This document shows positions 17,349 through 25,156 of a stretch of 32,550 bases of DNA, in pieces; position 1 is the first letter of the stretch; every line of letters begins with the position of its first letter. The notes below the pieces were generated by a model. The model saw only the letters and a list, made by a program, of their open reading frames with translations, was not told the DNA's origin and did no database searches. The translations under genes and the position numbers were made by a program. The stretch covers positions 1-32,550 of the forward strand of contig JAGGYK010000288.1 of NCBI GenBank assembly GCA_021162585.1. Direction: 5' to 3'. This stretch comes from Deltaproteobacteria bacterium. GTDB taxonomy: Bacteria; Desulfobacterota; Desulfomonilia; UBA1062.

Positions 17349-18971
17349 CTACTCCTTGGGCCCGCGTACTAACCAAAGGTCACCTTTGTGACCTGCCATG
17401 ACAAGCCCAGGGACATTTTCCTTAATGAGACCTAGATATTTATCATAGGCAAGGCAGTAGACATTTCTTTCCTGTTTCATAAATGTATAAAATTCAGGCC
17501 TTGTCATGATATATTCTTTTTCCGTGCATCTTGCTTGACCAAAAACCAATTCCCCCCTGCTGTCCACTAGATATACCCTCCTTTCAGCATAAAAGCTTGA
17601 AGACGGAAAATATCTGACATAGGCACAAAGCCTTGCATCTTCGGGTACGTGGTGGATTAAGGCCTTTGTGGAACGAAGGTAGTCCCATCTTGGTGCAAAG
17701 GAAATCACTACGATCATAAACGCTATTCCAAGGCATGCAAACCCGGCAACTGCATTGTATCTTTTACCCAGCCAGACACCTGCAAATGTCCCAACAAGGA
17801 TGATTACTCCCATTATGCAGCCTATATCCATAAGCGGGACTAAATTATCTGATACCTTAAGTATGCCCCCTGATACAAGTTCAGGATATAGAATTAAGCC
17901 CGCGCCTAGAACCAGCCATAGAAAGGCTGCACAGATAAAGCCTATACTACTTCTCTTGTAATTCTCCCTGAATAAATATCCAATAAACAGGCTCAAAGGC
18001 GGGAAACAGGGAAGCACATAGGTAGCAACCTTTGAATTCGAAAGGCTGAAGAAGAGAAATATCACTCCAAACCAGCTGGCTATGTACCAAATCTCACCTG
18101 GTACCTTCCTGTTTCCTTTGCCTGTAAAGGCCCTCCTTATAGCCTCTGGAATAAGCACAGACCATGGGAGAAAACCACCTATAATCACAGGGAAAAAATA
18201 CCACCATGGCTGGTAACGCCTACACTCATTAGTGACATATCTCATAATATTCTGATCTATAAAAAAGAAGGAAAAGAAATCAGGATTCTTAAGACATACT
18301 GTCACATACCAGGGGAGTGAGACTGCAAGAAAAACCATGATCCCAACAATGGGCATTGACTCCTTTATAGATGACCACTGTCTGGTTATAATGATGTAAA
18401 GGCCAATGCCCCCAAGGGGCAAAATGACACCTATTGGTCCTTTTGTCAGAACAGCAAGACCGGCACATGCCCATGCAAGGAGATAATATGTCCCTTTCCC
18501 TTGCTTGTGTCCAAGCCAGAAAAACACCATAGTCGCTGTAATAAAAAGGGTGAGCGTCATATTTATATCCACTGTCCTGGCTAAAATAAAATATTCAATG
18601 GATGTTATAAGACTTAAGGAAGCAACAATCCCAGCCCTATTCCCCCAGAGATCTCTTGCCATTAGCCAGATAAGCGCTATGCCTCCCAGGGCGCTAAGGC
18701 AAGGGATAAGCCTTGCTGCCCACTCACTAAAACCAAAAATCTTGAAGCTTGCTGCGACCATCCACATGAACATCATGGGTTTTTCAAAATAGAGCAGGTA
18801 ATTGAGATGTGGGGTCATCCAGTCGTTTTCGACAAGGATCCCGCGGGCTATCTCTGCATATCTTCCTTCATCAGGGTCCCACAATGCCCTTTGCCCCAGG
18901 TGATAGCAACATATCACAACAGCAACACACAAGATCCATCCTAATAATTTTGTTTGTTTCCTATTCTCCAA
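17349..18971 (-). CDS. arnT: ArnT-type GT-C glycosyltransferase (undecaprenyl phosphate-alpha-L-Ara4N:lipid A transferase-like), paralog 1
   Basis: It carries the canonical ArnT N-terminal signature LWDPDEGRYAEIARG...YFEKP, is polytopic, and has a C-terminal soluble domain. The TTG start at 18971 is preceded by an AAGGAAG SD 7 nt upstream. It overlaps the end of paralog 2 by 31 nt, so the start is somewhat uncertain. Confidence 0.85.
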   Translation of the reverse strand: MENRKQTKLLGWILCVAVVICCYHLGQRALWDPDEGRYAEIARGILVENDWMTPHLNYLLYFEKPMMFMWMVAASFKIFGFSEWAARLIPCLSALGGIALIWLMARDLWGNRAGIVASLSLITSIEYFILARTVDINMTLTLFITATMVFFWLGHKQGKGTYYLLAWACAGLAVLTKGPIGVILPLGGIGLYIIITRQWSSIKESMPIVGIMVFLAVSLPWYVTVCLKNPDFFSFFFIDQNIMRYVTNECRRYQPWWYFFPVIIGGFLPWSVLIPEAIRRAFTGKGNRKVPGEIWYIASWFGVIFLFFSLSNSKVATYVLPCFPPLSLFIGYLFRENYKRSSIGFICAAFLWLVLGAGLILYPELVSGGILKVSDNLVPLMDIGCIMGVIILVGTFAGVWLGKRYNAVAGFACLGIAFMIVVISFAPRWDYLRSTKALIHHVPEDARLCAYVRYFPSSSFYAERRVYLVDSRGELVFGQARCTEKEYIMTRPEFYTFMKQERNVYCLAYDKYLGLIKENVPGLVMAGHKGDLWLVRGPKE

Positions 18972-20629
18972 AGCTCTATCTTCCTTCTTGCACGACCATC
19001 AACCTTCAGAACACACTTCCCCCTTGATCCCATAAGCTCCTTTATCCCGGCATCTACCCTGCTCGGCAGGATCAGTACATGCTGCAAATCCCCTTCCCTG
19101 ATTATCTCTGCAAAAATATCTCTATCTTCAATGTCTTCCACATAAACCCCGCCATAAAATAAACACAGGGCCTCTACGGTCTCCGTGAGCTGACAGCCTA
19201 TCACATGCTTATCAGATACCACCTTTCCCATATCCTCAAAAAAAGGCTTATAGTCCTTTTCCTGATCAATTCGAGGAATAAGCAAAGGGGTCCATAGCAA
19301 CAGTAACAAGGCCCAGCTTATAAGAATGACCAAAGGAAAAGGTTTTCTGCTATGCACCCATATATACCAGAATATACCTATCGTAAGCCCAAGCATAACA
19401 AAAGCAATCCACCAAAGACCGCCCAACTTTACATACGCAAAAGGTGCCAGCAAACCAGCTAAAAGGATAAGTCCCATTACAAACCACAAGAATAACTTTT
19501 GCCAACCCACAGCCCCCTTTTCTATTATACTAGACATCCACTGGGCTATTATCACAGCCATGGCAGGATACATGGGCAAAAAGTACAGGCCTCTCTTTGT
19601 TGAAGAAATACTTAAAATGATAAGCCCGGCTAAAAACCATGCATACATGAAGCGTGTTGTATCCTCTAGCCTCCTTGTGCTGATAAAGGCAGGGATCAAA
19701 AGGAGAAACCAGGGGGCAGCATCAGTCCATACGGTGGTGAGATAGTAGTAAAATGGCCTTATATGCCCGCCAAGATAGCTGCCCCCATGGAAAAATCTCC
19801 CGAACTGATTATAGAAATAAAATGTCCTTAGAAAATCAACGCCACCTCTTGTGTACAAGACCCATCCCCAGGCAATCATTACCAAAGCTATCAGGAGTAT
19901 GCCTGGAAGGACCCACATCTTTTTTATATGAAGATAGGGGTTGGGGATCAGGGACCGGTTCCCAGGGACAGATGTTTCTCTCGGCCCGAGCATGTTTTCA
20001 TCCTTGGTTGTGAGCGTGGAGAGCTCATGCGGGTTTATAAGAGAAAAATCTTCCTGCCATAGGGCAAAGAGGATGACTACCGCCAGTGGTATTCCAATAC
20101 CAATAAGCCCCTTTGTCATAAAGGCCAGAGCAAGGCTGATCCAGAAGAGTTTATATCCCCAGGATGATTTATCTTTATATGCAAGGGCAAATGAAAACAA
20201 GGCAGCAGTAATGAAAAAGCAAAGTGCGATATCTACCATCATCTTGTGGGAGATCTCAAAAAATTTGAAAGAAGTTGCTAAGATAAGGGTAGAAAGTCCT
20301 GCTGTTTGTTCTGTATAAATGGCCCTTGTGCCAAAGAACACCACAAGCAAGGTCCCGATAGCAAAGATGACTGATGCAAATCTGCCCACACCCTCACAAG
20401 TAGTTCCAAAAACGCGATAAAAGACGCCTGCTGTGGCAAAATACAAAGGCGGCTTCTCTAAAAATGGCCTGTTCAAGAAATGCGGCATGAGATAATCTCC
20501 GCTTACTGCCATCTCCCGAGAGATCTCTGCAACCCTTGGCTCATCAGGGCTCCACAAAGAGTGATCTAATATACCCACGAGTTGCAACAAGATGGCAATA
20601 GCAGGGAAGACTTGTACGATCTTTATCAT
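18941..20629 (-). CDS. ArnT/PMT_2-type GT-C glycosyltransferase, paralog 2
   Basis: Its signature is LWSPDEPRVAEISREM...RPFLEKPPLYF. It is polytopic. I chose the ATG at 20629 (GGTGG 5 nt upstream). The track start at 20638 is a GTG without an SD. Confidence 0.8.
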   Translation of the reverse strand: MIKIVQVFPAIAILLQLVGILDHSLWSPDEPRVAEISREMAVSGDYLMPHFLNRPFLEKPPLYFATAGVFYRVFGTTCEGVGRFASVIFAIGTLLVVFFGTRAIYTEQTAGLSTLILATSFKFFEISHKMMVDIALCFFITAALFSFALAYKDKSSWGYKLFWISLALAFMTKGLIGIGIPLAVVILFALWQEDFSLINPHELSTLTTKDENMLGPRETSVPGNRSLIPNPYLHIKKMWVLPGILLIALVMIAWGWVLYTRGGVDFLRTFYFYNQFGRFFHGGSYLGGHIRPFYYYLTTVWTDAAPWFLLLIPAFISTRRLEDTTRFMYAWFLAGLIILSISSTKRGLYFLPMYPAMAVIIAQWMSSIIEKGAVGWQKLFLWFVMGLILLAGLLAPFAYVKLGGLWWIAFVMLGLTIGIFWYIWVHSRKPFPLVILISWALLLLLWTPLLIPRIDQEKDYKPFFEDMGKVVSDKHVIGCQLTETVEALCLFYGGVYVEDIEDRDIFAEIIREGDLQHVLILPSRVDAGIKELMGSRGKCVLKVDGRARRKIELWRIGNKQNY

Positions 20630-20838
20630 TGTGCCCACCAGAAAACGTTATCCCCCTTGCTTAACCAACGCGTCGCCTATCTTGATGGCGTTTAACCATA
20701 GTCACGGCCTTTATGTTCATATCCATAGTCAGAAACCCTTGAGGGGTTACGGCCTACCCGAATACAACTGTACAATAAAACACGTTGTTAACCAGATGCT
20801 TACCTGAAGGTTATCTTTTGGTAATGTCGTAATGGATT

Positions 20839-22254
20839 CTAGTTTTGGAAGGATGTGCGAGGTAGAATAATGGTAAATGTGCTCCCCTTGCCCAGGTGGC
20901 TCTTTACAGTTATCTCTCCTCCATGCGCATGAACAATCGCTTGAGCCAGGCTGAGCCCCAGACCGTTTCCGGGCATAGATCGGCTTTGATCCCCACGATA
21001 GAACCGATCAAAGATGTGTGGTAAGTCCTCTTCGCCTATACCTACACCAAAATCAATAACCGAGATCATCATATTCGTTTGAGCTGTCTTTGCTCTTAAG
21101 AGGACCTTCCCGCCGGCAGGGGTATATTTGATGGCATTATCAAGAAGATTAGCTATTACGCGTTGAAGCCTGGCGCAATCACCAAGGATAATCAAAGGCT
21201 CTTGGGGAAGATCAACCTCGAGATGAATACCTTTATCTTCCGCAACCGGCTGAAATAACTCATAGGCATCCTTGATGATTTTTAACATATCCACATCAGT
21301 CTTTGAAAAATCCGCAATGCCAGAATCAACCTTTGCAATCTCCAGCATGGCATTGATCATACCTATAAGACGATCACTCTCTTCAACGATTATCCCTGCC
21401 ATCTCTTTATATTCATCAATGCTGGATTCTCCGGTTAATGTGGTCTCTGCGACTCCCCGAATCCTGGTAATCGGGCTTCTGAGATCATGGGCGATATTGT
21501 TTGTCACTTCTTTCAGGTCCGTAACAAGCGATTCGATCCTCTCCAGCATATCATTAAAGGACATCGCAAGATTCTCGATCTCCTTGCCTTCATTCCCTAA
21601 AGGAACCCGATAGGCAAACCCTCCTTTGCCTATGTTAACCGCTGTCTGTGTGACCCTCTCAACCCCTGTCATGGCCCTTCTGGCCACAAACCATCCCAGC
21701 AGGCCACCACATACCAACATCAGCGCCATGGCCGTCCCGAAGATCTCTCGATAATCTTCCATCAATTCTTCGTCGTCCCTTAGCGTATAACCAATCTCAA
21801 TGATGTTGCCATCATGAGTTTTCTTGTAGATCACGCGGGCCTTATACTCATATCCCGGGATAGATAGTGTCTTAAAGGCCTCTGCCTTGTTTGAAAAACC
21901 CTCAAGTATGGATTGCTGCAAATCGAGATTTGCCCATACGCCCAGATCAGAGGAGGCAAGGGTCTCCATGCTGGGAGAGAAAAGCCGGCAGAACATTCTG
22001 TTGATCCCTTCAGACTGTGTTTCACGTTCAAATTCACCCTTAAGCACCTCGATGCCACTGGTACGATAAAGTTCTCCAAACTCTTTCGCTTCATTGAGTA
22101 GATTTGCATCCATGCGCTGACTAAGGTTCGAGGTTAGCGTGATGTACATGATGAAGAAGACTGATAAAGCTAAACTGGCGAACAGAACCGTATACCACAG
22201 GGTAAGGCGGAAGGTAACTGTATGAAATATATTACCTTTTTTCTTCAAATACAT
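20839..22254 (-). CDS. membrane sensor histidine kinase, CusS/CopS heavy-metal-sensor-like (TM-periplasmic-TM-HAMP-HisKA-HATPase)
   Basis: The N-terminus FRLTLWYTVLFASLALSVFF is typical of the heavy-metal sensor kinase family. There is a second TM helix, then a HAMP region. The H-box is AHDLRSPITRI, the N-box is LLDNAIKYTP, and the G-boxes are DFGVGI and GNGLGLSLA. It overlaps the RR stop by 23 nt. Confidence 0.85.
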   Translation of the reverse strand: MYLKKKGNIFHTVTFRLTLWYTVLFASLALSVFFIMYITLTSNLSQRMDANLLNEAKEFGELYRTSGIEVLKGEFERETQSEGINRMFCRLFSPSMETLASSDLGVWANLDLQQSILEGFSNKAEAFKTLSIPGYEYKARVIYKKTHDGNIIEIGYTLRDDEELMEDYREIFGTAMALMLVCGGLLGWFVARRAMTGVERVTQTAVNIGKGGFAYRVPLGNEGKEIENLAMSFNDMLERIESLVTDLKEVTNNIAHDLRSPITRIRGVAETTLTGESSIDEYKEMAGIIVEESDRLIGMINAMLEIAKVDSGIADFSKTDVDMLKIIKDAYELFQPVAEDKGIHLEVDLPQEPLIILGDCARLQRVIANLLDNAIKYTPAGGKVLLRAKTAQTNMMISVIDFGVGIGEEDLPHIFDRFYRGDQSRSMPGNGLGLSLAQAIVHAHGGEITVKSHLGKGSTFTIILPRTSFQN

Positions 22255-22909
22255 AACCGACTCCCCTGATGGTATGGATCAGCTTGCAATCGAACGACCG
22301 GTCAATCTTGTCTCTAAGACGGCAGATCCTGGCCTCGACCACATTGGTTTGTGGGTCAAAATTATAATCCCAGACGTGTTCCATAATCATTGTCTTTGAA
22401 ACAACCCTTCCTGCATTACGCATGAGATACTCAAGAAGGGCGAATTCGCGTGGCTGAAGCTCAATCTCTCTACCCCCTCGAAAGACCTTCCGCGTGAGAA
22501 GGTCCATGGAAAGGTCGCCCACTGTCAGGCCTGTCGGTTCAGGAATGAAATTGGCCCTGCGGATGAGGGCCTGTATGCGTGCCAACAACTCCGAGAATGC
22601 AAATGGCTTGACCAGATAGTCATCCCCGCCGGTCTGCAGCCCCTTAATGCGGTCATCTACCGAGCTCTTGGCGCTGAGGACGAGAATGGGCATCACCACT
22701 CTCTTCATACGAAGCTCTTCAATCAAGGTCAGACCGTCCAGCTTGGGTAACATTATATCAACCACTGCCGCATCATAGGACCCGGCCAATGCCAGATACA
22801 GCCCATCTTCACCGTCTACAGCATGTTCCACGACAAAACCGGCCTGCTGAAAGCCCTTCATTATAAACGAAGCAGTCCTTATATCATCCTCGACAAGAAG
22901 GATCTTCAT
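22232..22909 (-). CDS. OmpR-family winged-helix response regulator, CusR/CopR-like
   Basis: Starts MKILLVEDD and has the REC motif DIMLPKLDG. The C-terminal stretch VWDYNFDPQTNVVEARICRLRDKID....LIHTIRGVGYVF is characteristic of the CusR/CopR/CzcR subgroup. I moved the start to ATG 22909, because the 18-codon extension in the track lacks support. Confidence 0.9.
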   Translation of the reverse strand: MKILLVEDDIRTASFIMKGFQQAGFVVEHAVDGEDGLYLALAGSYDAAVVDIMLPKLDGLTLIEELRMKRVVMPILVLSAKSSVDDRIKGLQTGGDDYLVKPFAFSELLARIQALIRRANFIPEPTGLTVGDLSMDLLTRKVFRGGREIELQPREFALLEYLMRNAGRVVSKTMIMEHVWDYNFDPQTNVVEARICRLRDKIDRSFDCKLIHTIRGVGYVFEEKR

Positions 22910-22946
22910 AAAAATACTGCCTCTCTCGATAGACCAATACTTATCA

Positions 22947-24542
22947 TCACAGACATTCCTCAATGTTTGACTTATGCATTAGACCATCTGGCATAATATA
23001 AGCCAGTCTTGCCTGCTTGCTGCCGATTTTTTGTTCTAATATGATGTCCACCCCGGCCCTTTCCTTCAAGGCATTAAGCACAGCATCATGGCGCTCTGCC
23101 CAGATAAAGAGCCCACCCTTTTTAATGTCTTTTGGATGGACTACCTCCTTAAAGGTCTTACCTGTAAGCATTGGCAAGACACCTTCGAAGATCTCGTCTG
23201 GAGATAGTATAACTATATCGCTACCTTGTGCCGCGGATAAGGCCTTTTTTGTAAATCCGAGAAAGTCTTGTCTTGGCTTCATATAATCATAATATATCGT
23301 GGTAGAACAGCCAATTCCAATGCATATCACCACAACAAGGGAAAAACCTTTTACATGTTTAAACACCCTTTGCCTGGCAACTACAATAAGGGCTGCTACA
23401 GATACTATACCAAGGGATATACCCGCGGTGGGATACCCTATAAAGATGCCTATGAAAGGCGCAATACAAAAGAGTATAGCAACTGCCCATGTAATTTTTA
23501 ACATAACATCCTCCCACTTTTTATGTATGCCACACTCAAGAAAACTCGCTATCATACATGCTGCTGCCGGATATAACGGGACCAGATATACACCCCTTTT
23601 GGTAGATGCCAGGCATAAAAGGATAAATGGCCCAATAAACCAGCTTATATACGGATCATCCTTGAATCCCCTTATAGACCTTATAAATGCAGGGATAAAG
23701 AGGAACGTCCATGGCAAGAAATCCCTTGGGAAGTGATCAAGATAATACATTATGCCATGATGGTGCCCAAGGCTTAAGGCCTCGGTTGCACCTGTAAAAC
23801 GCCCTATATTATTAACGACTATGACCTCTCTCACAAATGGCCAGCCACCCGTATGAAAGAGGTATACAATCCAGGGCGCAATAGGAACCAGCATAAGGGC
23901 TATTACAATATAAGGTTTTATCCGCCAGATTAGTCTTATGTCCTTTTGCCTTATGATATCTGTTATTATGGCGGCACCAATTATACCAACACCTACCAGG
24001 CCCTTTACCATAAATGTGACCCCAAGCGCTATGCCAAGGAGGATAGAATCTCTTATCCTATAGTGCTCTATCAGTCCAAGGTATGCATACATGGCAAGAA
24101 CAACACCAAATACCAGCGCAATATCCACCTGTATCCATCTCGATATCTGAAAAAACTCCCATGAGGTAGCCAGGATTCCTGCGGCAATGAGAGCGTAGAT
24201 ATATCCTTCTCTCCCGGATACCATAAAGTAAACTATAATAAGGGTCAATATACAAAAGGATAGAGATACCAATCTATACGATATATCCTTGTCTTTACCA
24301 AAGACAGAGCCAGACAGGGCACCTGCCATAAAATATAGCGGCGGCTTCTCTAGAAATGGCCTGCCGTTTAGATAAGGGATACCGTAATCGCCACTGTAGG
24401 CCATCCCAGCACATATGCCTGCAACCCTGGGCTCATCCGGCCTCCATATACCATGGTTAATGCCTGGAAATAACATAAGAAGAAGCAAAAGAAGGCATAT
24501 AGCAGCCCAACTCCTCGTATTCATAGAAAAAGCACATAACAC
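22947..24542 (-). CDS. ArnT/PMT_2-type GT-C glycosyltransferase, paralog 3
   Basis: Its signature IWRPDEPRVAGICAGM...RPFLEKPPLYF is closest to paralog 2. It is polytopic. The GTG start at 24542 has an AGGTGG SD 7 nt upstream. The alternative ATG at 24524 has no SD. Confidence 0.8.
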   Translation of the reverse strand: MLCAFSMNTRSWAAICLLLLLLMLFPGINHGIWRPDEPRVAGICAGMAYSGDYGIPYLNGRPFLEKPPLYFMAGALSGSVFGKDKDISYRLVSLSFCILTLIIVYFMVSGREGYIYALIAAGILATSWEFFQISRWIQVDIALVFGVVLAMYAYLGLIEHYRIRDSILLGIALGVTFMVKGLVGVGIIGAAIITDIIRQKDIRLIWRIKPYIVIALMLVPIAPWIVYLFHTGGWPFVREVIVVNNIGRFTGATEALSLGHHHGIMYYLDHFPRDFLPWTFLFIPAFIRSIRGFKDDPYISWFIGPFILLCLASTKRGVYLVPLYPAAACMIASFLECGIHKKWEDVMLKITWAVAILFCIAPFIGIFIGYPTAGISLGIVSVAALIVVARQRVFKHVKGFSLVVVICIGIGCSTTIYYDYMKPRQDFLGFTKKALSAAQGSDIVILSPDEIFEGVLPMLTGKTFKEVVHPKDIKKGGLFIWAERHDAVLNALKERAGVDIILEQKIGSKQARLAYIMPDGLMHKSNIEECL

Positions 24543-24609
24543 AATCCAGCCACCTGCACAACAACACCATGATTTTAGAAAAAGTGAACAGTAAATAGTA
24601 AGAGAAGTG

Positions 24610-24637
24610 TTGGGTTTTGGGTTTTGAGTGTTGGGTG
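24610..24637 (+). repeat. heptanucleotide tandem array (TTGGGTK)x4
   Basis: The units are ttgggtt ttgggtt ttgagtg ttgggtg. Confidence 0.9.
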
Positions 24638-24647
24638 ATTAAGAATA

Positions 24648-24668
24648 GTTGAGAGTCGAGAGTCGAAA
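24648..24668 (+). repeat. heptanucleotide tandem array (GTYGARA)x3
   Basis: The units are gttgaga gtcgaga gtcgaaa. Confidence 0.85.
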
Positions 24669-24672
24669 AGAT

Positions 24673-24701
24673 GAAAGATAGAAGATAGAAGATAGAAGAT
24701 A
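24673..24701 (+). repeat. heptanucleotide tandem array (GAAGATA)x3 plus one 8-nt variant
   Basis: The units are gaaagata gaagata gaagata gaagata. Confidence 0.9.
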
Positions 24702-24828
24702 AAAAACAGTTTTATGGAAGATGTAGAGGCCTTTTGCCCTCATCGGCCCCGGGGGTTACTCCCAATAACATCCCCCTAGCCCCCGAATCTGTCCGTGCAG
24801 ATTAAGGGGAATCAACCCCAGGCCTTTT

Positions 24829-24870
24829 TGTCCGCCAACTTGTCCTGGCGTCTTGTCCGGAGATTTGTCC
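24829..24870 (+). repeat. periodic TGTCC array (4 copies at 12-13 nt spacing)
   Basis: TGTCC occurs at 24829, 24841, 24854 and 24866, with a fifth copy at 24790. Confidence 0.7.
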
Positions 24871-24890
24871 ATTGTAGCTTAAAGCGAAGT

Positions 24891-24909
24891 CGGAAGCGGA
24901 CGCGAAGGC
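24891..24909 (+). repeat. left copy of an 18/19-nt direct repeat flanking the plus-strand operon
   Basis: cggaagcggacgcgaaggc differs from cggaacggacgcgaaggc at 30934-30951 by one 1-nt indel. The identical 13-mer core is cggacgcgaaggc. Confidence 0.75.
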
Positions 24910-25010
24910 GGATTGATCGTTATTTGCTAAACACTTGCCTGATATCTCTTAGAAGCCTCCTCAAAACTGATGGCTTTTTACGAGTGCATTAAAGCTAAAC
25001 CTTTTAGATA

Positions 25011-25042
25011 TGCAAAATATGTGTGATAGGCCTGCAAATATT
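25011..25042 (+). promoter_or_regulatory. candidate enhancer (UAS) pair: direct repeat TGCAAA(A)TAT x2
   Basis: tgcaaaatat (25011-25020) and tgcaaatatt (25033-25042) start 22 nt apart, about two helical turns. They sit about 70-100 nt upstream of the -24 element at 25110. This is the usual position of bEBP binding sites. Confidence 0.3.
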
Positions 25043-25109
25043 GTATAAACCCTGACTGGAACTCAGCCTAACACCTTGATATAACTAATTTATTGTTTTG
25101 GCGTTGGCG

Positions 25110-25125
25110 TGGTATTGTATTTGCT
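25110..25125 (+). promoter_or_regulatory. candidate sigma54 (-24/-12) promoter of the DUF2334-GT4-UPF0104-HK-RR operon
   Basis: TGGTATTGTATTTGCT compares with the consensus TGGCACG-N4-TTGCW. The invariant GG and GC are at the exact canonical spacing, and TGG, A, TTGC and W all match. The predicted TSS is near 25136. It is followed by the SD GAAGGAAGG (25143-25151) and GTG 25157. Confidence 0.45.
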
Positions 25126-25156
25126 TATGTATCTTCCCTTTAGAAGGAAGGTCAAG

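Noticed and set aside
24610-24701. Possibility that the tandem arrays are a CRISPR array.
   Set aside because: The units are 7 nt and directly abutting with no spacers. No cas genes are present.
24971-24988. TGGCTTTTTACGAGTGCA, which looks sigma54-like (TGGC ... TGCA).
   Set aside because: The GG-to-GC spacing is 2 nt too long for a -24/-12 promoter, whose spacing is essentially invariant. The element at 25110-25125 fits instead.
24795-24992. A 65-aa arginine-rich ORF in the divergent control region.
   Set aside because: It is composed of the TGTCC-periodic array and the GCGAAG/GGAAGC words. It starts at a non-ATG codon without an SD. It is a repeat-generated ORF.
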